A DNA stretch of 64,000 nt from Pseudomonadota bacterium (GTDB taxonomy: Bacteria; Pseudomonadota; Gammaproteobacteria; Ga0077536). The translations under genes were made by a program, and so were the position numbers. This document shows positions 27,632 through 40,408 of this stretch, one piece after another. Position 1 is the first letter of the stretch, and every line of letters begins with the position of its first letter. The stretch is taken from contig JAYYOR010000011.1 of assembly GCA_036130055.1 (NCBI GenBank), forward strand, positions 11,733 through 75,732, given 5' to 3'. Under the pieces are notes generated by a model that worked only from the letters and a program-made list of their open reading frames with translations, searched no databases and had not been told where the DNA came from.

Positions 27632-28618
27632 TCACTCAGGTTTTATTCCAAGCTTATCCAAAAGCTCCTTATCTTTAGATATTTGTGGATTTTTTGTTGT
27701 GAGCAGTTCATCTCCATAAAAAATTGAATTTGCACCAGCAAAAAAACAAAGAGCTTGCAACTCATCAGACATGGACGTTCTCCCCGCTGACAATCTAATG
27801 TATGTTTTTGGCATAATCACTCGAGCTGTAGCTATAACTTTCACTAACTCAATTGAGTCGATATCTTCCTGCCCCTCTAGCGGGGTTCCTATTACTTTCA
27901 CTAAAGTATTTATTGGCACAGATTCGGGTTGCGGATCCATGTTTGCCAAAACTCTCAACAATTCAATTCGGTCGTTTATTGTTTCACCCAAACCTAAAAT
28001 ACCACCACAACAAACTTTCATCCCGCTTTTTTGAACATTTGCTATAGTTTCTAGTCTGTTAGCATAAGTCCGCGTAGAGATAATCTTAGGATAAAATTTC
28101 TCTGAAGTGTCCAAATTATGGTTATAGTAGTCCAAGCCTGCGTCTTTTAGTTTAGCTGCTTGAGATTCTGTGAGCATGCCTAGTGTCATGCAAGTTTCCA
28201 AACCCATTTTTTTTAATTCTTTTAATAAAGGAAAGAGTTTTGTTAAGTCTTTATCTTTTGGTGATCTCCATGCCGCACCCATACAGAATCGCCCCGCGCC
28301 TGATTTCTTTGCCTGTCTAGCTTTTTCTAAAATATCTTCTAGCCCCATTAAATCAGTGCTAACCACATTGGTTTTATAGCGAATACTTTGCGGACAGTAA
28401 CTACAGTCTTCCGGGCAAGCCCCACTTTTTATATTTACTAGTGTGCTAAGTTGGATCGTATTAGGAATAAAATTCTGGATATGAGCGGAATGAGCTTTAA
28501 AAAGTAAATCATTGAAAGGCAAATTATAAAGATCTTTTATCTGCGACTTTGTGAATGACGGGAAGTCTTTCAAAGTGGCGGTTTGCCTTGTCTTCGAAGT
28601 GTTTAATTCTATTGTCAT
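27632..28618 (-). CDS. bioB: biotin synthase
   Basis: 328 aa. Radical-SAM CPEDCSYCPQS and YNHNLDTS. Confidence 0.95.
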   Translation of the reverse strand: MTIELNTSKTRQTATLKDFPSFTKSQIKDLYNLPFNDLLFKAHSAHIQNFIPNTIQLSTLVNIKSGACPEDCSYCPQSIRYKTNVVSTDLMGLEDILEKARQAKKSGAGRFCMGAAWRSPKDKDLTKLFPLLKELKKMGLETCMTLGMLTESQAAKLKDAGLDYYNHNLDTSEKFYPKIISTRTYANRLETIANVQKSGMKVCCGGILGLGETINDRIELLRVLANMDPQPESVPINTLVKVIGTPLEGQEDIDSIELVKVIATARVIMPKTYIRLSAGRTSMSDELQALCFFAGANSIFYGDELLTTKNPQISKDKELLDKLGIKPE

Positions 28619-28624
28619 GATTTG

Positions 28625-28657
28625 CCGTAAACAAAAAAATTTTTAAATAGTTTACAA
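28625..28657 (-). promoter_or_regulatory. BirA-operator-like inverted repeat (bioO candidate) immediately upstream of bioB
   Basis: The coding (minus) strand reads TTGTAAAC-N17-GTTTACgg (plus strand GTAAAC 28627-32, GTTTACAA 28650-57). It occupies most of the 48-nt gyrB-bioB spacer. Confidence 0.4.
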
Positions 28658-28666
28658 CAAAAATGG

Positions 28667-32135
<3,469 letters not shown>

Positions 32136-32166
32136 TTAAAACACTTGATCTCCTAAAAAAAAATTA

Positions 32167-33276
32167 CTAGATCCTCATTGGCATCACGACATAGGTTAAG
32201 TCTTCATTATTTGGTACAGAAACAAGGCAACTCGCATCGGCACCTTGTAAGTCAATCCTAACAGAATCGCTAGATATAGCTTGAAGTATATCTTGTAAAT
32301 AAGAAGCGTTGAAACCGACCTCCATTGATTGGCCGCTATATTCAGCCTCTAATTCTTCTACTGCTTCTTCTTGTTCGTGATTGCTACCGGTAACCATAAC
32401 TAGTTCTTCGGTAATATTCATTTTAACCAGAGGGTTTCTGTCTGATGCCAAAACCGCTGCCCGATTTAAGCCGCCCTTGAGTATCTCCTTACCTATGAAT
32501 AACGGAGTAGATGTTTGCATTGGGATGACTTTTTTATAATTAGGAAAAGAACCTTCAAGTAATTTTGTAGTTAACGACACCTCGTTCTTTACCATAACTT
32601 TAAAATGATTTGTTCCAATCATTAAATTAACTTTTGAAGATTTATCAAAAGATGATAATAACCTGCTTATCTCTAAAATACCCTTACGTGGAATGATAGA
32701 TTGAATCAATTCTCTTGGATTAACCTTAATGCGCTTTTCAGCCATAGCCAATCTGTGACCATCTGTAGCAACGGTTTTAATTGTTTCAGAAGATACCTCG
32801 AGTAATAGCCCATTTAAATAATGCCTGACGTCTTGCAAAGCCATTGCAAACTCTGTTTTGTCAATTAGGTCTTTCAATAGGCCTACATCCAAATCAAATT
32901 CGCATAAAGTGTCAAAATCACCAATCTTGGGAAACTCTTGGGCTGAACTAAGAGCTAATGTAAATCTACTCTTTCCTGATTTTATTTTTGCTTGTTTTTC
33001 GGAAATATCAATTTTTATATCTGCATTTTCAGGAAGCTCTTTACAAATATCAAATAATTTTCTCGCTGGCAAAGCTACTTTAGTTTGGTCTTGAGTACCT
33101 ATTGATATCGTAGTGTTCACCTCGACCTCAGTATCAGTAGCTGTGATAATTAATTGTTGGGCCTCGCATTGAAACAATACATTCGACAGTATAGGGATGG
33201 CTTGTCTTTTCTCAATTACGCCATTAGCTCTTTGAAGGGCTGGTAATAATAATTCTCTTTTTATATTAATATTCAT
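32167..33276 (-). CDS. dnaN: DNA polymerase III subunit beta (sliding clamp)
   Basis: 369 aa. Three-domain clamp pattern with PILSNVLF and the C-terminal VVMPMRI. Confidence 0.95.
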   Translation of the reverse strand: MNINIKRELLLPALQRANGVIEKRQAIPILSNVLFQCEAQQLIITATDTEVEVNTTISIGTQDQTKVALPARKLFDICKELPENADIKIDISEKQAKIKSGKSRFTLALSSAQEFPKIGDFDTLCEFDLDVGLLKDLIDKTEFAMALQDVRHYLNGLLLEVSSETIKTVATDGHRLAMAEKRIKVNPRELIQSIIPRKGILEISRLLSSFDKSSKVNLMIGTNHFKVMVKNEVSLTTKLLEGSFPNYKKVIPMQTSTPLFIGKEILKGGLNRAAVLASDRNPLVKMNITEELVMVTGSNHEQEEAVEELEAEYSGQSMEVGFNASYLQDILQAISSDSVRIDLQGADASCLVSVPNNEDLTYVVMPMRI

Positions 33277-33291
33277 TATATTTATTATGTC

Positions 33292-33382
33292 TGTGGATTA
33301 GTGGATAAGTAAAAAATTAATTGTAAATCATGGTATTAGGGTAAACAATCAAAATATAACATTGTTTTTTTTTTGTGGAAAC
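33292..33382. promoter_or_regulatory. DnaA-box-like sites in the AT-rich dnaA-dnaN spacer
   Basis: TGTGGATTA (33292-33300) and AGTGGATAA (33300-33308) are each one mismatch from TGTGGATAA. TGTGGAAAC (33374-33382) is weaker. The flanking sequence is AT-rich. Confidence 0.35.
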
Positions 33383-33452
33383 GTTATTGATAAATATGTA
33401 TAGAATTAAATTAAAAATTTCTGGATGGGAAAATTAATAAGTTACCAACAGG

Positions 33453-34766
33453 TTAGCTAGAAAGAATTCTATCTAAATTTGAGTAATCTTCTTGAACCCT
33501 AGCGTCGGTAATTTTCAATTCAGAAATTTTCTTGCATGCATGTATAACAGTTGTATGGTCTCGCCCGCCAAAGGCATCACCAATTTCTGGCAAAGAATGA
33601 GTTGTTAGCTCTTTTGATAAGGCCATTGCAATCTGACGTGGTCTAGCTATAGACCGATTGCGACGTTTTGATAGGATGTCCGCCAATCTTATTTTATAAT
33701 ATTCAGCTACGGTTTTTTGGATATTTTGTAAGGTAATTGTCTTATCTTGAAGTGCTAGTAAATCTTTAAGGGCTTCTTTCGCAAAATCTAAAGTAATTGG
33801 GTGACCAGTAAAGTTTGAATTAGCAACCACTCTGTGCAAGGCTCCTTCGAGCTCTCTTACATTCGCGCGGAATCTTTTACCAATTAAAAAAGCAACTTCA
33901 TCAGGTAAATTCACTCCCATAAGCTGAGCTTTTGACATAAGTATAGCAACCCTTGTTTCTAACTCTGGTGGCTCTATATTGACACTTAAACCCCACCCAA
34001 AACGTGATTTCAATCTTTCTTCGACCCCTGTTACTTCTTTTGGATAGGAGTCACAAGTTAATACAATTTGATGCTTACTTTCTAAAAGGTTATTAAAAGT
34101 GTGAAAAAACTCTTCTTGAGATCTCTCTTTACCACCAAAAAATTGTATGTCATCTATTAAAAGGGCATCGACAGAGCGATAAAATTTCTTAAAATCATTA
34201 ATCTTATTGTGTTGAAGAGCTCTAACCATATCTTGAACAAAGGCCTCCGAATGCACATAAACAGGTTTTTTGGTTTTATCTAATTTTTTAATTAAATTTC
34301 CTACAGCATGCATAAGGTGTGTTTTTCCTAGTCCTACACCCCCTGAAATGAACAGAGGGTTATAGGTTTTACCAGGGCTTTCTGAAACCTGAATTGCTGC
34401 TGCTCTTGCAATTTGGTTAGATTTACCACTTATGAATGATTCAAAAGTAAAGTCTTGTAAACCAGATTTTCTAAATTTCGATTGATGAGGTTTCTTTTTG
34501 ATTTTGTTGTGATTTGCATATCGGTTGCTTCCAATTTCAAAGGTTACCTGAACATCGTCTCGGAAATAAGTTTTTATAGCTAGTTCCATTATTTCTGCAT
34601 ACTTTTCAACTAATATGTCAAAAACGAAACTATTTGGAGCAAGAATTTTAATGCAGTTATCAATTTCCTCGTACTGAAGCGGTTTTATCCAGGTGTTATA
34701 TTCCTTTGCGGATAAATTGTTCTTTAAGTTTTCCAGACAATCATTCCACTTGATAGATGTTTTCAA
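33453..34766 (-). CDS. dnaA: chromosomal replication initiator protein DnaA
   Basis: [25 protein letters not shown]-terminus, AAA+ Walker [14 protein letters not shown] and the C-terminal DNA-binding helix [11 protein letters not shown]. The longest ORF starts at TTG 34820. I prefer TTG 34766 ([10 protein letters not shown]...) because it matches the usual short N-terminus and has an AAGAGA upstream. Confidence 0.93.
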   Translation of the reverse strand: MKTSIKWNDCLENLKNNLSAKEYNTWIKPLQYEEIDNCIKILAPNSFVFDILVEKYAEIMELAIKTYFRDDVQVTFEIGSNRYANHNKIKKKPHQSKFRKSGLQDFTFESFISGKSNQIARAAAIQVSESPGKTYNPLFISGGVGLGKTHLMHAVGNLIKKLDKTKKPVYVHSEAFVQDMVRALQHNKINDFKKFYRSVDALLIDDIQFFGGKERSQEEFFHTFNNLLESKHQIVLTCDSYPKEVTGVEERLKSRFGWGLSVNIEPPELETRVAILMSKAQLMGVNLPDEVAFLIGKRFRANVRELEGALHRVVANSNFTGHPITLDFAKEALKDLLALQDKTITLQNIQKTVAEYYKIRLADILSKRRNRSIARPRQIAMALSKELTTHSLPEIGDAFGGRDHTTVIHACKKISELKITDARVQEDYSNLDRILSS

Positions 34767-34936
34767 TACATATCTCTTTATTAAAGTGACAGGGTCTTTC
34801 CAAAATATTATGATAGACAAATCGGAAACAGTTTTTACTGTAAGAGTATTGCTAAACCAATCAAAAAATAATAATATCGCGACCCTTACACCGTAACCGT
34901 AACACTAACATAAAATACTTAAATTGGTGAATAGAA

Positions 34937-35074
34937 ATGAAAAGAACTTTTCAACCAAACCGACTCAAACGTTCGAAAAAGCATGGATTTAGGGCCAGAA
35001 TGAAGACTAAAGCTGGTCGGAGAATTATCAAAGCCCGTAGATCTAAAGGCCGCTACGTTTTAGCTGCAGATTAA
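34937..35074 (+). CDS. rpmH: 50S ribosomal protein L34
   Basis: Not in the ORF track (45 aa). My translation is [45 protein letters not shown], a canonical L34. Divergent from dnaA. Confidence 0.95.
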   Translation: MKRTFQPNRLKRSKKHGFRARMKTKAGRRIIKARRSKGRYVLAAD

Positions 35075-35083
35075 AGATAATTT

Positions 35084-35431
35084 ATGCGATTTCCTTCTAA
35101 GTATAGAATTTCAGAAAATTGGGTTTTTAATGAATTTTTAATAGCTGGAAAAATCTTAAATTCACCGAATTACCGATTATACTGGAAAACAAACAATTTC
35201 GACTTTCCAAGATTAGCCGTTCGAGTCCCGAAAAAGGAACTACGTGGAGCGGTTTTACGGAATCGGTTAAAAAGGGTAATTAGGGAGATATTTAGAAATA
35301 GATTAGACACACTTTTAGTATTCGATTATCTAATTGTGTGTAGACGCCAATTGGGAGTTTGTTCTAACAAAGAAATTAGAACCTCTTTCGTCGCTCAACT
35401 AAATAAAATTTCTCCGATTTTAACGGATTAA
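35084..35431 (+). CDS. rnpA: ribonuclease P protein component
   Basis: 115 aa basic protein immediately after rpmH, with the RNR-like motif AVLRNRLKRVIRE. Confidence 0.85.
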   Translation: MRFPSKYRISENWVFNEFLIAGKILNSPNYRLYWKTNNFDFPRLAVRVPKKELRGAVLRNRLKRVIREIFRNRLDTLLVFDYLIVCRRQLGVCSNKEIRTSFVAQLNKISPILTD

Positions 35432-35456
35432 AATTCTAATTTTCTAAGGAAGATAA

Positions 35457-37094
35457 ATGGAACGAATTAGGCCTTTTTTGATGATAACTTTGATTTTCTT
35501 GGGATTGCTGTTGTGGCAAGCCTGGCAAGATCGATATCAGCAAAGCACTACTAAAACCGAAATTAATAAAATAAGTTCTGATAATAGCCCAATCCTATCT
35601 AGCAACGAAGTAGATGTCCCAATCCCGCCCAAAACAGCCACAGAAAATATTGTTTCAAATTTAAAGGAATCTGAATTACCAGAAATTAAATATTTAGAAA
35701 CAGAGGTTTTTAGGTTAGGAGTAAATCCTAAAGGAGGTAAAATTACTGAGCTTCTTTTAAAAAACTATCCGACTTCACTAAAAACCCCCTTTGACTATGT
35801 TGAGATGCTGAATGATTCCGCTTTAACCTATTTTGCTTATCAAAACGGCTTAGCGGGAAACGAAAACCTTCCAAATCACAATTCTCTATATAAATTCGAG
35901 GGAATTGACAGAAAGAATACACAAGGTGGTCGGGAGCCTTCTTTGAATGTTGTTTTCAGTCACATTGAAAACGATATAAAGGTTACAAAAACCTATCACT
36001 TACAAGCTGATAGTTATTTAATAAATATCGAGTATTTGGTTGAAAATAACTCAAGTAATCCAATAGCTGTTCATAATTATGAACAGCTTAAACGTAAGAC
36101 AATGTCTTCTAGAAACGGATTAATTTATACGTATGCTGGGGCTGTATTTTCTACCCCGAACAAGCGATTTGAAAAATATGATTTCGATGACTTGTTAGAA
36201 AAACCAATTAAAGAAAAATCCCCAAATAGTTGGATAGGAAACATGCAACATTATTTTGTCGCAGCTTTGATACCCCCCATCGATAGCGTTTTTAACTTTT
36301 ATTCGAAAACCCATAATAATACAAATGAATATACAGTGGGCTTTGTTAGCGATGGTAATAGTTTACGACCAAACGAATCTTTAAAGTTGAGTTCAGCTGT
36401 TTACATTGGCCCTAAGATTCAGCCAGTTCTTGAGAAAATTGCACCCGGGCTAGACTTAACAGTCGATTATGGAATTTTATGGTTCCTGTCTAAGCCATTA
36501 TTTATTACTTTAAGTTTTATAAACGATCTCGTAAAAAATTGGGGATGGGCGATTGTGTTACTGACTATTTTAATAAAAGTAATATTTTATCCATTATCAG
36601 CCGCAGGTTATCGCTCGATGGCTAAGTTAAAAACTGTTCAGCCGAAGATGATGGCGATTAAAGAACGATATTCTGGTGATAAGACTCAAATGAACCAAGC
36701 AATGATGAAATTGTATAAAGACGAAAAAATAAACCCTTTAGGCGGCTGTTTTCCCATATTAATTCAAATTCCTGTATTCATAGCTTTGTATTGGGTTCTT
36801 CTCGAAAGCGTCGAAATGCGGCAGGCTCCTTTTATTGGCTGGATCGTTGATTTATCAGCAAAAGATCCCTTTTTTGTTTTGCCGGTTTTAATGGGATTAA
36901 GCATGTGGCTCCAGCAAAAGTTAAATCCACCGCCGGTTGACCCAATCCAGGCAAAGGTTATGCAATTCTTGCCAATTATGTTTACAGCTTTTTTCGCCTT
37001 TTTTCCGTCTGGTCTTGTTCTATATTGGTTGGCTAATAACGTTTTGTCGATACTACAGCAATGGAGAATTACGAAACAGATCGAACAAAGTTAA
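35457..37094 (+). CDS. yidC: membrane protein insertase YidC
   Basis: 545 aa. N-terminal TM helix, large periplasmic domain and a C-terminal 5-TM core (GWAIVLLTILIKVIFYPL, GGCFPILIQIPVFIALYW). Confidence 0.95.
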   Translation: MERIRPFLMITLIFLGLLLWQAWQDRYQQSTTKTEINKISSDNSPILSSNEVDVPIPPKTATENIVSNLKESELPEIKYLETEVFRLGVNPKGGKITELLLKNYPTSLKTPFDYVEMLNDSALTYFAYQNGLAGNENLPNHNSLYKFEGIDRKNTQGGREPSLNVVFSHIENDIKVTKTYHLQADSYLINIEYLVENNSSNPIAVHNYEQLKRKTMSSRNGLIYTYAGAVFSTPNKRFEKYDFDDLLEKPIKEKSPNSWIGNMQHYFVAALIPPIDSVFNFYSKTHNNTNEYTVGFVSDGNSLRPNESLKLSSAVYIGPKIQPVLEKIAPGLDLTVDYGILWFLSKPLFITLSFINDLVKNWGWAIVLLTILIKVIFYPLSAAGYRSMAKLKTVQPKMMAIKERYSGDKTQMNQAMMKLYKDEKINPLGGCFPILIQIPVFIALYWVLLESVEMRQAPFIGWIVDLSAKDPFFVLPVLMGLSMWLQQKLNPPPVDPIQAKVMQFLPIMFTAFFAFFPSGLVLYWLANNVLSILQQWRITKQIEQS

Positions 37095-37100
37095 GATTTT

Positions 37101-38444
37101 ATGCAAAACGATACAATTGTAGCTATATCTACTCCAAGCGGTAGATCCGGCATAGGGGTAATACGGCTCTCAGGACAGAACGCCAAATCAATAGCTTTTG
37201 GTGTCACAGGAAAAAAACTCCAAGTTAAGGTCCCGAAACTTTGTTCTATCAAAGATGAGAATAAACAAACTATTGACGAAGCTATTGTTGTTTTATACCA
37301 GGCACCGAAGTCATATACTGGTGACGACCTGATTGAAATTCAATGTCATGGAAATCCAGTAATTTTAAATGAAGTAATGTCGTTGTGTTGCAAACGCGGA
37401 GCCCGACCTGCCAACCCAGGAGAATTTACGGAACGAGCTTTTAGAAACGGAAAAATGACTCTAGAAAAAGCTGAGGCTGTTGCAGATTTGATAAATAGCC
37501 AAAGTTTAAGAGCTGTGAAAAGCGCACAGCGGTCCCTTTCTGGAAGTTTTTCGACGCGGGTAAATCAGATTTCTGCTTCATTAAAAAATTCGCTTGTAGA
37601 GCTTGAAGCTGCGATAGACTTTAGCGATGAAACAGAAAATTATTTTGAATCCTCATTAAATGAACAGATAAAAAATCAGAGAAAAGCATTAAAAAAATTA
37701 ATTACAGTTGCAAAAAACGGAAATAAATTATCAATGGGTTTGCAGGTTGTGCTAGCTGGTAAACCAAATGTTGGCAAATCGAGTTTGCTTAATATCATTT
37801 CCTCATCAAACAGAGCAATAGTAAATCAGCAACCAGGAACCACAAGGGACACAATCGAAGTATCTATAGAGATAAAAGGGAACCCAATTAAACTAATTGA
37901 TACAGCCGGTATCCGGGAGGATGCTGATGAAATTGAGCGAGAGGGGATTGCTAGAACAAAGGATGCCATCCATTTTTCAGATGTTGTTTTGTTTGTTGTT
38001 GATAATCAAAGAGATTTAAACAACTATCAAAATTTGTTATCTAAATTAGAGCTTACAAAATACGAAAGTAAAATATTCTTGATTCTTAACAAAATTGATA
38101 GACTTAAAGATAGGATAGACATTTTGAGAACACAACAAAATTTTACCGGAGTTTCAGCTATGACGGGCGATGGGGTGGAATCGCTTATGGAAAAGATAGG
38201 CTCGATATTGATAGCGGAAGATGAGGCTGAGACTGAATTTATGGCCAGGAGCCGACATATAGTGGCTTTGGAATGTGCTCTAGAAGAACTGTCAAATATA
38301 TCCTCCTCGCTTCCTTTCGCAAACCCTGAACTATTATCAGAACATTATAAAAGCTCAATAAAATATTTATCAAGAATAACGGGTGAATATTGTACAGAAG
38401 ATTTGTTAGGTGATATTTTTAGTAAGTTTTGTATTGGAAAATAA
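37101..38444 (+). CDS. mnmE: tRNA modification GTPase MnmE
   Basis: 447 aa. DTIVAISTP start, G-domain GKPNVGKSSLLN / DTAGIR / NKID, and a C-terminal CIGK. Confidence 0.95.
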   Translation: MQNDTIVAISTPSGRSGIGVIRLSGQNAKSIAFGVTGKKLQVKVPKLCSIKDENKQTIDEAIVVLYQAPKSYTGDDLIEIQCHGNPVILNEVMSLCCKRGARPANPGEFTERAFRNGKMTLEKAEAVADLINSQSLRAVKSAQRSLSGSFSTRVNQISASLKNSLVELEAAIDFSDETENYFESSLNEQIKNQRKALKKLITVAKNGNKLSMGLQVVLAGKPNVGKSSLLNIISSSNRAIVNQQPGTTRDTIEVSIEIKGNPIKLIDTAGIREDADEIEREGIARTKDAIHFSDVVLFVVDNQRDLNNYQNLLSKLELTKYESKIFLILNKIDRLKDRIDILRTQQNFTGVSAMTGDGVESLMEKIGSILIAEDEAETEFMARSRHIVALECALEELSNISSSLPFANPELLSEHYKSSIKYLSRITGEYCTEDLLGDIFSKFCIGK

Positions 38445-38459
38445 AGTTGGTGGTTTGAT

Positions 38460-39368
38460 TTGAAACGTTGTTTGTTAATTACTCTAAGTAACATTGGTGA
38501 CTTGGTTATGACGACACCTGTTTTTGAAGCTATAAATCAATACTTCCCAGATATGAGGATTCATGCATTAGGTGATGAAAGGTCTTCCTCTTTATTAGAG
38601 CCTTTTCCATATATTGACAAAATTTATAATAAAAACAAAAAGGCTAATACACGAGAGCAATTTGGTTTATTAAAGTTATTACGGTCCGTTAATTACGATC
38701 TGATTGTAGATTTAAGAACCCCTTTTATGCCTTTTTTATTAAAAGGAAAAAAAAGGCTTATAAAATGGAAAAAAGCTAAATCTGATCAACATGCGGTTTA
38801 TCAGCACTTTAGTATACTAGAAAAAATTATACCTGACCTAAAAGAACCACCCCCTTGTAAGTTGTACCTTTTAGAGCCCTTCGGGCCTATCTTAAAAATA
38901 GTTAAACAAACAAATCCGCCGTCAGATTTTTTTGTAATAGCGCCAGGCGCAAATTGGTCAAAAAAAATGTGGCCAGGGCTAAATTATGGCCATTTAATCA
39001 GTTCTATTCTGAAACAGAAACTCGTTAGCTATATTTTTATTTTGGGCAACGATATTGATGCAGAAATAGAATTAGGTATAGAGATTGCTGATCCTAGAAT
39101 ATTTGATTTGAGAGGAAAGACGAAATTATCAGAAGCGGCATATCTAATGAGTAAGGCAAAATTGTTTATTGGTAATGACAGTGGGCTTGGGCATATGGCC
39201 GCCGGTGTTGGTTGTAAAACCTTGACTTTATTCGGTCCAGGTAATCACAGTCGATATAAGCCTTGGCATTTAGATGGAACAATTTTATTATCTCCTGAAT
39301 CTAACCTGGAAAATTTGGAAGTGGTTCGTGTTATTGATAAATTAAAAGGTATTTGTAGATGCGAGTAG
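38460..39368 (+). CDS. glycosyltransferase family 9 (heptosyltransferase-like)
   Basis: 302 aa. LLITLSNIGDLVMTTPV N-terminus and the GNDSGLGHMAAGVG C-terminal motif typical of GT9. TTG start. Confidence 0.75.
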   Translation: MKRCLLITLSNIGDLVMTTPVFEAINQYFPDMRIHALGDERSSSLLEPFPYIDKIYNKNKKANTREQFGLLKLLRSVNYDLIVDLRTPFMPFLLKGKKRLIKWKKAKSDQHAVYQHFSILEKIIPDLKEPPPCKLYLLEPFGPILKIVKQTNPPSDFFVIAPGANWSKKMWPGLNYGHLISSILKQKLVSYIFILGNDIDAEIELGIEIADPRIFDLRGKTKLSEAAYLMSKAKLFIGNDSGLGHMAAGVGCKTLTLFGPGNHSRYKPWHLDGTILLSPESNLENLEVVRVIDKLKGICRCE

Positions 39369-40408
39369 CCCAAATAATGTTATCGAGTGATTTAGGTGGA
39401 GCCGAAAAATCTTATATCGAAATAGTAAGATGTCTGGCTCTCCAACAATTTAAGATCCTAACAATCGGTATTAGAGGTGGTAGAGCAGAGCAATATTTTC
39501 TCGGAAAGGAAAACATATGTGTAAAAAATATTTTATGTCTGAACTCTTATGATTATTCAGCAGTTGTACAAATACTTTATCATTTAAAAACTTTCAATCC
39601 GAATTTAATACATTGTCATCTAGCTCGAGCAACAAAATTTGGTAGTTTGGCTGGAAAAGTTTTATCAATCCCCGTTGTATCGAAAACTCATAATTTGGTG
39701 AATCCTAAATATTATCGAAACACGACAAAAATTATAGTAACAACCGATGCTCAAAGAAAGCATATGATTGACAATGGATTTCAAGAGGATCACTTAGTTA
39801 AAATTCCTAATTTTCAATCGTCTAAAAACATTGAGAACAAAAATATAATTGGGAAGAAAAAACCTAGTGGTGATCATTTTGTTGTAAAAAGTTTGGGACG
39901 ATTTGTGAAAAAAAAAGGCTTTGACAATCTAATAAAGGCAATAGTAAATCTCCGAAATGAGGGTGTTGCAGTCTCCTTAAGTCTGGCCGGGGCAGGCCCG
40001 GAAAAAAATGCCTTACAACGTCTTATTGATGGTAGTGGACATTCCAAGGAAATCACCATAATGAATTGGATTGACGATATAAATACGTACCTGAATGATG
40101 CAGATCTTTTTGTGCTATCTTCATTAGAAGAGCCTTTTGGGCTCGTAATTTTGGACGCTATGTCTATGTGTATTCCAATTTTGGCCACTAAAACACAAGG
40201 ACCTCTGGAGGTCTTGAATAACGAATTAGCATACTTTTTGGAGACACCTGACTGCGTTGAGATCGCTAGACAAATTAAAAAAGTAATGAGAGACCCAACA
40301 AGGTTTTCTAAAGCTATTAAGGCGAATAAGGAATTTAAAAATAAATATTCCTCTGAAGCCGTGATACCCATGTATCGTAAGCTGTACAGTGAATTGCTCT
40401 CATATTAA
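39359..40408 (+). CDS. glycosyltransferase family 4 (GT-B, RfaG-like)
   Basis: 349 aa. GGAEKSYIE N-terminus and the EEPFGLVILDAMSMCIPILAT EX7E-type motif. Confidence 0.75.
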   Translation: MRVAQIMLSSDLGGAEKSYIEIVRCLALQQFKILTIGIRGGRAEQYFLGKENICVKNILCLNSYDYSAVVQILYHLKTFNPNLIHCHLARATKFGSLAGKVLSIPVVSKTHNLVNPKYYRNTTKIIVTTDAQRKHMIDNGFQEDHLVKIPNFQSSKNIENKNIIGKKKPSGDHFVVKSLGRFVKKKGFDNLIKAIVNLRNEGVAVSLSLAGAGPEKNALQRLIDGSGHSKEITIMNWIDDINTYLNDADLFVLSSLEEPFGLVILDAMSMCIPILATKTQGPLEVLNNELAYFLETPDCVEIARQIKKVMRDPTRFSKAIKANKEFKNKYSSEAVIPMYRKLYSELLSY

